IMG/VR virus record: IMGVR_UViG_3300028653_000011
Origin: a virus
Taxonomy: Duplodnaviria > Heunggongvirae > Uroviricota > Caudoviricetes
Reading direction: 5' to 3' (one strand)
Length of the DNA stretch: 64,000 nt
Under the pieces are notes generated by a model. It worked only from the letters and a program-made list of their open reading frames with translations. It was not told the DNA's origin and searched no databases. This document shows positions 8,745 to 17,895 of this stretch, piece by piece (within the stretch, counting starts at the first letter, position 1; every line of letters starts with the position of its first letter). Made by a program: the position numbers and the translations under genes.

Positions 8745-9007
8745 AACCCGGCGATCTCATCGAGTGGGTGTACACGTCTGACAACAATGTCGTTGTCACG
8801 AATGAAGAGATATGGTCGTCGGTGATGAAGGAGTACGTCCTCATCGGCGGCGCTCACTTGCTAGTCTCTCATCGCGATGGAATTCTGTCGTGGCTACCCC
8901 TGGGTGTACGTCACGCGCGATTGCTCTACGCTAGCGACTTTCTAGCGACATGCGGGGGCCGCATGTCGCGGCACCTCGGTTGCTTCGCTCACGCGAGGAT
9001 GATATGA
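8741..9007 (+). CDS. MKPGDLIEW-family protein, copy C
   Basis: degenerate repeats at 8919 and 8978. Confidence 0.75.
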   Translation: MKPGDLIEWVYTSDNNVVVTNEEIWSSVMKEYVLIGGAHLLVSHRDGILSWLPLGVRHARLLYASDFLATCGGRMSRHLGCFAHARMI

Positions 9008-9267
9008 AACCCGGCGACCTGATCGAGTGGGTGTACACGGATGATGGTTCCCCCGCCGTGCCACGTGAGGAGTTGTGGTCATCGATCGAGAAACGTTGGG
9101 TGCTGGTCGGAGGCGCCCACCTGCTGATAGCACTAGCCGACGGGATATTGACGTGGTTGCCTCTGCACGCATCCCATAAGGGGTTGCTCCACGCGCGCGA
9201 GGATGATACGATGAGCAACGACAACGGCCGCGCCTCGGGGGCGGTTGCTCCACGCGCGCGAGGATGA
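9004..9267 (+). CDS. MKPGDLIEW-family protein, copy D, reads through repeat-spacer-repeat
   Basis: LLHAREDD = repeat 1; VAPRARG* = repeat 2. Confidence 0.8.
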   Translation: MKPGDLIEWVYTDDGSPAVPREELWSSIEKRWVLVGGAHLLIALADGILTWLPLHASHKGLLHAREDDTMSNDNGRASGAVAPRARG

Positions 9268-9332
9268 TACGGCTGCCGCTCTCAAATTTCACGCGAATGG
9301 CAGGGTTGCTCCACGCGCTCGAGGATGGCGCG
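9182..9332 (+). CRISPR. mini CRISPR-like array, 3 x 29-bp repeats and 2 x 32-bp spacers, type I-E-like
   Basis: GGTTGCTCCACGCGCGCGAGGATGATACG at 9182 and 9243; degenerate third copy at 9304; exact 61-bp period; no cas genes in window. Confidence 0.75.
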
Positions 9333-9424
9333 CCAACCTGACTGAGTGTCGTTTCACGACGCCGCAGGCGGAGTGTAAGGTACCCTGCAACTGGCATAGG
9401 ATCTAATTCAAGGAGTCACATCTC

Positions 9425-9604
9425 ATGGCGACGATCAACATCAGTGACAAGCAGTTGGACACGTTGAAAGCGGTGCTCAACGCCAGTGATGACCTGTGTA
9501 GTTGTGTCATCGCTAGTGACATCGGGTCGATGAAGCGCGCTCTAACGCTGGCCGGCGCACTGTCCGAACTCAAACGCCAGGGTTTCCTCAAAGACGTGAA
9601 GTGA
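9425..9604 (+). CDS. small hypothetical protein MATINISDKQ (not in ORF track)
   Basis: AAGGAG RBS; promoter-like motif at ~9373. Confidence 0.65.
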   Translation: MATINISDKQLDTLKAVLNASDDLCSCVIASDIGSMKRALTLAGALSELKRQGFLKDVK

Positions 9605-9725
9605 GCCACAAGACCTGTACACCGCCCACTGGGTGGTTACATTGGTCTTAATTGGTTGGGCCGTCGGCACAACAGCTTCAATTACCCATCATGGGTCACA
9701 GTGTCACAACAAGGACGAGGTCATA

Positions 9726-10109
9726 GTGCAGAAGAGCCAGAAGAATTCTCGGTTCACAGCATCTAGTGGTGTACGTACGCGGCAGCAAGTCATTTCCCAA
9801 CCCGAGGTCGTCAGCGCAGACGTCCTTGGTACCATGCTCGATGAAGATCTCATCGTGCGCCTTCGAGTGCTCGATGAAGCGTGTCGGACGGCGACGTCGT
9901 CGGGCATTGACACTCGACCGTGGGAAGAGGAGATTGCCTACGTCAAGCGTGAGCAGCACCTCCGGCGCGCGCGCCGTGAACAGCACTTGATCTACGCTCG
10001 CAAGATCGAGCAGGAGTTCAACGATTCCGAGCGCGGGTTGCCTGCGGGTGACTTTGACAACTCGGCATTCGTCTACGCGGCATCGGGCGGTCGTCCGAGG
10101 TGGAACTGA
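9726..10109 (+). CDS. hypothetical protein
   Basis: GAGG RBS before GTG; stop overlaps sigma start. Confidence 0.6.
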   Translation: MQKSQKNSRFTASSGVRTRQQVISQPEVVSADVLGTMLDEDLIVRLRVLDEACRTATSSGIDTRPWEEEIAYVKREQHLRRARREQHLIYARKIEQEFNDSERGLPAGDFDNSAFVYAASGGRPRWN

Positions 10110-10945
10110 TGACGATCGAAAATCGTACTGCGCACAACGTCGTCGGCACTTACCTCGACAACCTACAACACTTTTCACAGCTCAAACACCCGGAGCTCGT
10201 GGAGCTGTTCAAGTCCTACGAAGTCGGTTGCACCCGCGATGAGACGGGTGAGGTCACCGATCGTACTCCCGAGGCCTTCAAGCTGCGCAACAAGATCTTG
10301 GAGTGCAACCTGCGACTGGTGGTGTCGATCGCCAAGCAGTACCGAGGTCACAACCTACCGATCGAAGACCTCATTCAAGAAGGCAACATCGGCCTGATGA
10401 AGGCAGTCGATCGGTTCAAGTGGGAGAAGGGCTTTCGCTTCTCGACCTACGCCACGTGGTGGATCAAGCAGGCCATTGGTCAGCACGTCCTCAAGCGCAA
10501 GCGGATGATTCGCTTGCCCGCTCACGCGGCGACGGTGCAGCGCAAGATGTTGCAGGCGGCCGAAGAGTACCGTGAAAGCAACAATTGCGAGCCCACGACT
10601 GAGGAGCTGATGGGCCTGACCGGCGCCAGCGCGACGGTGATGAAGGCGACGATTCACTCGGGTCGTGGCACCATTTCGTTGCAGCAACCCCTGTCGTCGA
10701 GCGGCGAAGGCGACACTCTCGAGGACAAGGTCGAAGACGATCGCCCGGGCTCGAATCCATTCGAGAACGTGGCCGAGAAGCAATTGCTCGAGATCACCAA
10801 GATGGTGCTCGGTGAGCTGTCGGCCAAGGAGGCGGCGATCCTTCGCCTGCGCTTCGGCCTCGTCGAGGACGCGACTGATGACCAGTCGTATCCCATCACC
10901 GAGGAAGAGGCACGCCAAGTCATGGCGGGGAAAGGCCTGACATGA
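10109..10945 (+). CDS. RNA polymerase sigma70-family factor (RpoD/RpoS-like), region 4.2 HTH appears absent
   Basis: NLRLVVSIAKQY, DLIQEGNIGLMKAVDRF, GFRFSTYATWWIKQAI, IRLPAH, ILRLRFGL. Confidence 0.95.
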   Translation: MTIENRTAHNVVGTYLDNLQHFSQLKHPELVELFKSYEVGCTRDETGEVTDRTPEAFKLRNKILECNLRLVVSIAKQYRGHNLPIEDLIQEGNIGLMKAVDRFKWEKGFRFSTYATWWIKQAIGQHVLKRKRMIRLPAHAATVQRKMLQAAEEYRESNNCEPTTEELMGLTGASATVMKATIHSGRGTISLQQPLSSSGEGDTLEDKVEDDRPGSNPFENVAEKQLLEITKMVLGELSAKEAAILRLRFGLVEDATDDQSYPITEEEARQVMAGKGLT

Positions 10946-11071
10946 TCAGGTGGATTGCACTCACTGTCGTCGCCGGCGCCGGCGCTGCTTTCGCGGCAGG
11001 TTGCTGGTGTGGTTGGCAGACAACGCTACGGGTCATCGATAGTGTCGAGCGACGAACGAGGCGCATGCCAG

Positions 11072-11374
11072 ATGCAAGCGCTTGACTTCTTCACCGTCTG
11101 TGCCGGGGTGAGCCTCATCATCCTGTCCGCGGGCTTCATCACTGCACTCATCGTCAAGGCACACAGATCTGCTCGCGTTGATGCACGCGTAGCGGCACCC
11201 GTACAACACGAACGTCAACCATTAGAACCCACTGACCCACTGGCACGCCGCCTACACGAATTTCAGGAGACGCGCTTTGCCTCTCCCATCGTCAGGCGCC
11301 AACTCGAACAGGACGTAGTCCCGATCCGTGATGCATCAACGTTGCCGCGACCACCGCGCAGGAGCCCTAAGTGA
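11072..11374 (+). CDS. putative membrane protein
   Basis: N-terminal hydrophobic helix. Confidence 0.5.
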   Translation: MQALDFFTVCAGVSLIILSAGFITALIVKAHRSARVDARVAAPVQHERQPLEPTDPLARRLHEFQETRFASPIVRRQLEQDVVPIRDASTLPRPPRRSPK

Positions 11375-11601
11375 AGGACGGACCCATCTACGTGTACGAT
11401 GTTCGGAGCCAGTTCATGGAACCCGTCTTCATCGTCTACAATACTGATCACGTCGACGTCTTTGTCAAGGCCTTGGGCCTCGACGACGCCAACCTCCTCG
11501 CCTCTAAAGAAAGGCTACATCCGTACGAGGGCAATCGCTACAAGAACACGGGTAGCGGCGGATTTTGCCCGCCGCCCAAGGTAAAAGTCAACACTCGCTA
11601 G
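11371..11601 (+). CDS. hypothetical protein
   Basis: ORF between neighbours. Confidence 0.5.
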   Translation: MKDGPIYVYDVRSQFMEPVFIVYNTDHVDVFVKALGLDDANLLASKERLHPYEGNRYKNTGSGGFCPPPKVKVNTR

Positions 11602-11614
11602 GAGAATCACGCCG

Positions 11615-11917
11615 ATGGCACTGCACCGAGGTACCAAGGTCGATCGCGGTTACGCCACTGTCGCCGACGATGAGGGCGATAACTACCGTGAGATCGCCGA
11701 CATGATGACGGAGATGGGTTTCTCGATGAACCATTCGTCGGCACGCAACTACGTGCTGCGCGTGATGCGGAAGTTCGCCCGAGCCTTCGTCGAGCAGTGG
11801 AACATCGCACACGATGATCAGAAGATCGATGAGATTGCCAAGAATCCGCAATTTCAACACGGCATCGCCGACCTGCTCCAGATCATCGAATCACAGCGCC
11901 GCGGGAATGGCGTATAA
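11615..11917 (+). CDS. HTH protein resembling sigma region 4.2
   Basis: 'EGDNYREIADMM...SSARNYVLRVMRKF'; AGGAG RBS. Confidence 0.6.
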   Translation: MALHRGTKVDRGYATVADDEGDNYREIADMMTEMGFSMNHSSARNYVLRVMRKFARAFVEQWNIAHDDQKIDEIAKNPQFQHGIADLLQIIESQRRGNGV

Positions 11918-11934
11918 TCAATGAGGGACACCAG

Positions 11935-12396
11935 ATGAGTAGAGATGGCCGTGGCAACCCAGGAAGGTACGAGCTGAAGAATCAGCCGAAGTTGAAGCTC
12001 GTTGACCTGTTGCGTCGCCGCAAGATGACGTTGAAACAACTGCTCGATGAGTTTGGCATCTCGACCTATGAGGCCTTGCACATCAGGTGCACCAGGATGG
12101 GCATCACTGCACCCACGCAGGCCGAATTTGATGTGGTGATGCCGCCCGTCAAGGCTTGGGTCAACAGTGCGCAGGAAGGCGTTGTCGTCGTTGAAGCCCC
12201 GCGTGTCGTCGATGAGATCACCGGTCGGCAGATCGATCCCGATGCGCCCGTCGAGGTACCCTCCGTCACCGTGACGTCGGTGCCCTTCGTGCCCCCGACG
12301 CCCATGCCGCCCCCACACTGGGGCGGTGCCCTACCGCCCATCGCTGACACACAGAAAAAACAGCGCAGGAAAAAGGATGACCAATCCACTGAGTGA
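11935..12396 (+). CDS. hypothetical protein
   Basis: GAGG RBS. Confidence 0.65.
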   Translation: MSRDGRGNPGRYELKNQPKLKLVDLLRRRKMTLKQLLDEFGISTYEALHIRCTRMGITAPTQAEFDVVMPPVKAWVNSAQEGVVVVEAPRVVDEITGRQIDPDAPVEVPSVTVTSVPFVPPTPMPPPHWGGALPPIADTQKKQRRKKDDQSTE

Positions 12397-12441
12397 AGTG
12401 TAGGCCCTTATGAACGCCCTGAAGCAGGTGGTACTTAGATC

Positions 12442-12834
12442 ATGATGGACTTGATCGTCAAGGGACTTTCGACCTGGTTCGCGGATCGCCTGCAAGGCAT
12501 GCCCTGCACTCCTGAGACGACGGCTTATGTGGCTGGGGTGCTGGCCAAACGGAGAACCGAGGACGACATGAGCACCGAATCCCTGGTGCTCGCTTATCAC
12601 GCCGCTTCAATCATCGGCGACTTTGCGGGTTTTCAACGCATCGGTGACTACGTGCTGTGGATCGACTCGATCTACCCAGAATTCATCAACGATCACCGCC
12701 AAGTCATCGAGACAATCGGTCGCCAATCTTACTCGTCGTGTCACCGGATCCTCAAGGGCCAGTGGAAAATCTACGATGAACTTGCGCAGACGCTTCCTTT
12801 GATTACTGCCACGGTGCGCCAAAAGCTAGTGTAA
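12442..12834 (+). CDS. hypothetical protein
   Basis: 'FQRIGDYVLW...IGRQSY'; TAGATCATG start context. Confidence 0.7.
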   Translation: MMDLIVKGLSTWFADRLQGMPCTPETTAYVAGVLAKRRTEDDMSTESLVLAYHAASIIGDFAGFQRIGDYVLWIDSIYPEFINDHRQVIETIGRQSYSSCHRILKGQWKIYDELAQTLPLITATVRQKLV

Positions 12835-12920
12835 TTCGGCGCGAGGTATGTGCCTCAGACCGAGTGTAAGCTTGGCCGCCACCGAGGTAGATTGAAACAA
12901 CCTACCAAGGAGCCTCTCTC

Positions 12921-14129
12921 ATGTCCACGACGTCCATGTCGATCGCGACCTTCAAGAAAGTCGCCGTCTGCCTGCCCCCGACCCGTTCGATCCTGCTCCG
13001 CGCCAATCACGGCGTGGGCAAGAGCAAGGTCATCAGGCAAGTGTCCACGCTGATCCGCCAGAAACTCCATGCCGACGGGGTCATTGACCTCGCCAAGAAT
13101 CCGAACGCCTACCCGGTCATCGATCGGCGCGCCGGCCAGCTCACTGAGGGCGATGTCGTCGGCCTCCCGAGCACCGACGGCAACGTCACCCGCTTCAACC
13201 CACCTGACTGGGTCAAGAAAGCGTGCGTCGAGCCCTGCGTGTTGTTCCTCGATGAGCTTAACCGCGGCACCCAAGAGGTGATGCAGGCGATGTTTCAGAT
13301 CGTCCTCGATCGGGAACTCAACGGTCACAAGCTGCACCCGTACACCCGGGTCTACAGCGCCATCAACGCCAGCGCGGCGTACTCTGTCAACGAGATCGAC
13401 CCGGCGCTGCTCGACCGCTTCTACGTCATCGACCTCGACCCCGATGCGACCGAATTCTGTGCCTGGGCGCGTAGCACCGACGCAGAGCAGGGCGGCAACC
13501 TCCACTACTTCATCCCCGACTTCATCACCTCGTGCGAACAGTGGCTATACCCTGCCAAACAGGCCGAGCCGAGCAGCAAGCAGCCGAGCCCGCGATCGTG
13601 GGAAATGGTCAACGAGTCGCTGGTCCACACTGACCTCATCGAGGACCCGCAGAACGACATGTTCTACCAGATCAGTCGAGGTTTTGTCGGCAATGAAGCG
13701 GCGATCGCCTTTCGCGACTACTGCATGAGCGTCGACAATCGCCTGACGGGCGAAGAGATCGTCAACGACCTGGACAAGAAAGCGATCGCAGCTAAGGTGG
13801 CGCGCCAGACGCAGGATCGGCAGAACGGCCTCATTGAGAAGGTCGCTGCCTATGTCACCGACAACTGTGCGACGCTGACTGACAAGCAAGGCAAGAACGT
13901 CCACACCTTCATGAAGTCGCTGCCCGATGAGCTCAAGATCTCGTTGTGGAGCAAGCTGACGAGCCACGGCATCGACAAGATCGAGCTGGCCAAGAGCATC
14001 CACAAGCACTGTGCAGAGACGGTGTTGTCGGTGTTCGGCGTGCCCATGGGTGAAGCCGGGATTGGCGTCACGCCTAACATACCCGGAGTCTTCAAGGAAA
14101 AGGCGAAGGACACCAAGGACACCAAGTAA
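12921..14129 (+). CDS. MoxR-like AAA+ ATPase (AAA_5)
   Basis: Walker A variant ANHGVGKS, Walker B LFLDELNR, DPALLDRF, PSPRSWE. Confidence 0.9.
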   Translation: MSTTSMSIATFKKVAVCLPPTRSILLRANHGVGKSKVIRQVSTLIRQKLHADGVIDLAKNPNAYPVIDRRAGQLTEGDVVGLPSTDGNVTRFNPPDWVKKACVEPCVLFLDELNRGTQEVMQAMFQIVLDRELNGHKLHPYTRVYSAINASAAYSVNEIDPALLDRFYVIDLDPDATEFCAWARSTDAEQGGNLHYFIPDFITSCEQWLYPAKQAEPSSKQPSPRSWEMVNESLVHTDLIEDPQNDMFYQISRGFVGNEAAIAFRDYCMSVDNRLTGEEIVNDLDKKAIAAKVARQTQDRQNGLIEKVAAYVTDNCATLTDKQGKNVHTFMKSLPDELKISLWSKLTSHGIDKIELAKSIHKHCAETVLSVFGVPMGEAGIGVTPNIPGVFKEKAKDTKDTK

Positions 14130-14163
14130 GCGTCCTTCGACCATCACACCGACGTCACGGAGA

Positions 14164-14556
14164 ATGTCAATGAAACAGGGTCCTCGCAAGAACCTCCGTG
14201 ACGTCGACCGGGCCATCATTCATACGGTGATGTTCGACCAGGGCATCATTCCGATGGAGAGGGTCGACAATGACATGCGGCGGGTGCTGGCCCAACTGCC
14301 GCCCGGCGAGGCTCGTGCCCTGCGCCGCAAGTTTCGCAAGCTGTGGCGCCGCGCGCTCAAGCAGCTCACTCAAGGCGCGTCCGAGCGTAATGCGAAGAGG
14401 ATCGAGACGCTCCACGGCGTCGGCAAGAGCACGCCTTCACGCGCGGAGTTCAACGCTCGCAAGCAGCTGGTCTTCGATCGCCTGTGGAGCGATCACATCG
14501 AGCCCATGATCAGGAACTTTGAGGCCGGTGCACCCGGCAAATTTACCCAAACTTAA
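14164..14556 (+). CDS. basic hypothetical protein
   Basis: GGAG RBS. Confidence 0.6.
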   Translation: MSMKQGPRKNLRDVDRAIIHTVMFDQGIIPMERVDNDMRRVLAQLPPGEARALRRKFRKLWRRALKQLTQGASERNAKRIETLHGVGKSTPSRAEFNARKQLVFDRLWSDHIEPMIRNFEAGAPGKFTQT

Positions 14557-14690
14557 ACTTGGCCTCGGGCGCTCGCCGTTATACGGTGAGGGGCCATAAA
14601 TAATGTGAACCGCGGGGATGCGCTCCTCCGCCAGTAACAGGGCCAGCGCAGCCTACAGTCGGCAGTGACTGGCCCACTTTCTGTCCCCAC

Positions 14691-14711
14691 AATTACACCC
14701 GGGGTATAATT
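14691..14711. promoter_or_regulatory. 21-bp palindromic site, copy 2
   Basis: AATTACACCCGGGGTATAATT. Confidence 0.7.
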
Positions 14712-14717
14712 TGCCGT

Positions 14718-14795
14718 CAGTGTAACACGGCACGATGTGCCTACACACAGTGTAAGTTCCCGGACAATCGTGGTAGGATTAGATCATGTTGAAGC
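14718..14795 (+). repeat. ~78-bp promoter/start cassette duplicated at 16261-16339
   Basis: identical apart from a 1-nt indel. Confidence 0.9.
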
Positions 14796-15481
14796 AGAAC
14801 GTTCAAGACACCTACGTAGCCGATCGTGCCGCTATCGCGCAGCGCATCCTCACCAGCCCGCTTGCTGCCTACGTGGGTTACTCGGGCGACCTCTATCGCC
14901 TCGACAAGCTGCATAACATCGCCCGCGACGGAAAGGCACACACCGGTTACTCATTCCTGTCGGTCGAGTTCAAGAAGGCAGGCACTGAGTGTTCGCTCGA
15001 AATTCGTGAAGAGGGATCCGGGTACTCTGGTGGTGTGACCACCGACGCCGAAGGCAATGAGTATCACGAGTATACGCTGTCCTGTGCCGTCAACTTTCCC
15101 TGCCACGGCAGCACCGCCTGCGGTGCGGTGTTGGCCCGCCTCGCCTTCTATCAGCAGGTCGCATTGTTGGCCGCCGAGATCGAGGCCGAGTTTGTCGTCA
15201 ATCGACGTGTCAACTACAAGATGACGCGGACCGCAGCCGAGGTCGTCGCCGACAACGCGAAGGTGGAAGCCCAGCGCATCGAGCAAGCGTATGCCGGTGT
15301 GACACTAAAGTATGGCGCTACCGGACTCCGCGTCGGCAAAGTGGTCGGTCTCGACCCCGAAGACCTCGGCAACTTGCCAGAAGGCAAGCGCGACGTCGAG
15401 ACCAGCCGAGGCAAGAAGTTCTCGATCTCGATCAATGCCGATAATGGCATCAAGGTTGGCCTCATCACCCGCACCGCCTAG
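14786..15481 (+). CDS. hypothetical protein (leaderless)
   Basis: promoter at 14750. Confidence 0.75.
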   Translation: MLKQNVQDTYVADRAAIAQRILTSPLAAYVGYSGDLYRLDKLHNIARDGKAHTGYSFLSVEFKKAGTECSLEIREEGSGYSGGVTTDAEGNEYHEYTLSCAVNFPCHGSTACGAVLARLAFYQQVALLAAEIEAEFVVNRRVNYKMTRTAAEVVADNAKVEAQRIEQAYAGVTLKYGATGLRVGKVVGLDPEDLGNLPEGKRDVETSRGKKFSISINADNGIKVGLITRTA

Positions 15482-15487
15482 GCTACC

Positions 15488-15784
15488 GTGCCCGCCTTCG
15501 CCACCGACAGCTACCCCGTCGGCACCCTGGTCACGACCCGCTATGATATGCAGTGCCCGCCACAACGTGCCAGCGTTGAAAAGTCAACTTTCCCAGTGCT
15601 GTTCTACGCCTTCATCGTACGGCCCGCGGCGCTGCCCCGGGGCACTCCGATGATCTATGCGGGGCCCATTCGTGCGGCGACAACGCCTGACCTGCGTGCT
15701 GAACGTGAGCACACCTTCATTGCACCCAAGTTCGGCCGTGTCATCATCTACCATCCCGACGTCAACGTTGAGCTCATACCATGA
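15488..15784 (+). CDS. hypothetical protein
   Basis: ORF in operon. Confidence 0.55.
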   Translation: MPAFATDSYPVGTLVTTRYDMQCPPQRASVEKSTFPVLFYAFIVRPAALPRGTPMIYAGPIRAATTPDLRAEREHTFIAPKFGRVIIYHPDVNVELIP

Positions 15785-16110
15785 CCGTGACCACCAACGA
15801 GAGATTAGTGCGCCACGATCGCCTAGTGCTAGGCACCCTGTGCGGTTACTTTCACCCGGCATCGAGCACTGACGCCGCCCGGGTCGTCACCGTCATCGGT
15901 ACCTGGGATTGGGACCACAACGCTGTCGGCCATCCACGCGACCTCACTCGTAAACAGGCGCGCCAGGGCCAAGACCCACGCACCGACGAGAGCGCCCGGG
16001 GCTACTTGCTGATGCCGTCGGATGGTTCACCGTGGATCTTTGCGTTCTTCGGCGCCGTCGCCGAGGGTGACCTGAAGCCCCTGTTTCCCGCGCTGCGCCT
16101 CGTCAAGTAA
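15781..16110 (+). CDS. hypothetical protein
   Basis: ATGA coupling. Confidence 0.6.
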   Translation: MTVTTNERLVRHDRLVLGTLCGYFHPASSTDAARVVTVIGTWDWDHNAVGHPRDLTRKQARQGQDPRTDESARGYLLMPSDGSPWIFAFFGAVAEGDLKPLFPALRLVK

Positions 16111-16234
16111 CGAGGTGACTTGGCGGGTGAATTGTTCACCCTCGCTTCGGTCACGTGGGCACACGTGTGACGGGATGAAGGCAACTACCTTCGCTCGACC
16201 GCATTGTCCTAGGGCGGCCTGTGGGATTGGTCGG

Positions 16235-16255
16235 AATTACATCTCGGGTATAATT
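16235..16255. promoter_or_regulatory. 21-bp palindromic site, copy 3
   Basis: AATTACATCTCGGGTATAATT. Confidence 0.7.
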
Positions 16256-16329
16256 TTGAGCAGTGTAACACGGCACGATGTGCCTTACACACAGTGTAAG
16301 TTCCCGGACAATCGTGGTAGGATTAGATC

Positions 16330-16551
16330 ATGTTGAAGCTGAAGCCATTGTTTCTCGAGCAGATCTCACCGCTGGCACATCGCCAAGACGTGAGCATGAC
16401 CGCAGTTATGAACTTCTTGATGACGGTGCAGTACAACGAGACCATCGACGCCGCGCTCGAGAACCTCAGGAGCGATGCCGCTTCGTACGGGTGGAACGCC
16501 GCGACGATCAAGGCGATCCGCGCCGGCATCCACCTCGCTGCGAAGGTCTAA
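16330..16551 (+). CDS. hypothetical protein (leaderless)
   Basis: promoter at 16294. Confidence 0.7.
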   Translation: MLKLKPLFLEQISPLAHRQDVSMTAVMNFLMTVQYNETIDAALENLRSDAASYGWNAATIKAIRAGIHLAAKV

Positions 16552-16595
16552 ACACGGCAGTGAAAGTTCCACTCCGAACCTGGTAGAGTTAGATC

Positions 16596-16910
16596 ATGTG
16601 GACAAAGGCAAGCATTGCACAGTTGCTGCGCACCCACGACCATGCCGTCGAACGCGCCATCGTCGCCATCTACGAGCACCAGACGCTGGACGAGAAGGTG
16701 GCGCGCCACACGAAGCGCATCAATCCACGTGGCTTTCATGCCAACCACACCATCACGGGTTCGTACTACGCCATCTTGGTGCTCGCGGGCCGGCGCTTGG
16801 TCGGCTATCACCTCGCCAACGCCCGCAACATCGTCCTGTGTTACACTACGCAATTGGCCGACAGGGCCAACGCCCGGGCCGCGCGCCTTGCCAAACGAGA
16901 AGTAGCATGA
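16596..16910 (+). CDS. conserved phage hypothetical protein ('AVERAIVAIYEHQT.DE...N..GF')
   Basis: promoter at 16560. Confidence 0.75.
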   Translation: MWTKASIAQLLRTHDHAVERAIVAIYEHQTLDEKVARHTKRINPRGFHANHTITGSYYAILVLAGRRLVGYHLANARNIVLCYTTQLADRANARAARLAKREVA

Positions 16911-17069
16911 TCACCATCAGTCGTCCCCTGCAATTTGCGGCAGGTTTTGTCATGGTGTGGTTGCTGTTGATCCGCGCCCTGGTGTGCATCAACAGCCACA
17001 CCCCTCTGCCTCCTCCGCACGCAGCAAGCACCGTCGTGCACCCGCCCTACTACGCTAACTGAGGTACCC

Positions 17070-17351
17070 ATGACACTCAAGCGCTTGTTGATGCTGACCG
17101 TCTGTCCCGTGCTCCTGTTGTTCCTCATCGTCGCATTGTTTGTGCTGATCCACTTCACGCAACCGCCTTGTACCTGCAAAGAAGTGATCAACATTCTCCC
17201 GCAACATGCTACTCGCGCGTATGTCACCTACCAGTGTACCGACAACACCATCAACGTGGGTTCATATCACTGGAGCAATGACTTTACGTGTGCGGGTAAG
17301 ACGTACCACGTCGGCGACTACATCCCGGGTTACGGAACCAAGCAGTTCTAA
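17070..17351 (+). CDS. putative membrane/exported protein
   Basis: hydrophobic N-terminus; GAGG RBS. Confidence 0.6.
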   Translation: MTLKRLLMLTVCPVLLLFLIVALFVLIHFTQPPCTCKEVINILPQHATRAYVTYQCTDNTINVGSYHWSNDFTCAGKTYHVGDYIPGYGTKQF

Positions 17352-17375
17352 ACCATCATCACCACCGAGACATCC

Positions 17376-17657
17376 ATGAAAAAGCCCACCAAGACGAAGA
17401 AGGACCGCACCGTCGGTCTCCACGAGTACCGCTGCGCCGCGAACCCCGACGAGAAGGCCTTCGCCGATGCGACCGCGCACTGCGATCCGCCAATGTTGGG
17501 CTACTTGCTCAACGAACCAGGCTCGCAGTATCAGTATCCACTCGACCCGACTGACCGCGACCGATGCGTCGCGGCAACGGTGGTGCAGTGGTTGGGTTCA
17601 CCCGTCGGCAGGGCATTCTTGAGTGAGCTGGGTTGGGTGAAGAAGGACGGGCGCTAA
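17376..17657 (+). CDS. conserved phage hypothetical protein
   Basis: 'VAATVVQWLGSPVGRAFL' motif. Confidence 0.7.
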   Translation: MKKPTKTKKDRTVGLHEYRCAANPDEKAFADATAHCDPPMLGYLLNEPGSQYQYPLDPTDRDRCVAATVVQWLGSPVGRAFLSELGWVKKDGR

Positions 17658-17658
17658 C

Positions 17659-17895
17659 GTGGCCCGAGGCAGGTGGACGGACGCGGCCTTCAAGGACTAT
17701 CCCAAACGCTACGCCACGCCCGACACGGTGCAGGAAGGCCAGTGGCTGTGCCATGCGCCGACGAAGACGTGGTTCGAGTTCTACGTGCTGATGGCTGACG
17801 GCGTGGCGGTCGGCTTCACTTTCGGTGACAAGGACTTCTTCAAGCCGCTGGTCGAGTGCTACCACCAGTGGGATCCCAGTGTCGACGCAGCGTGA
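17659..17895 (+). CDS. hypothetical protein
   Basis: ORF in operon. Confidence 0.55.
   Translation: MARGRWTDAAFKDYPKRYATPDTVQEGQWLCHAPTKTWFEFYVLMADGVAVGFTFGDKDFFKPLVECYHQWDPSVDAA

Noticed and set aside
9333-9400. Fourth repeat of the mini-array
   Set aside because: The sequence at the expected position 9365 does not match; a promoter-like motif begins at about 9373 instead.
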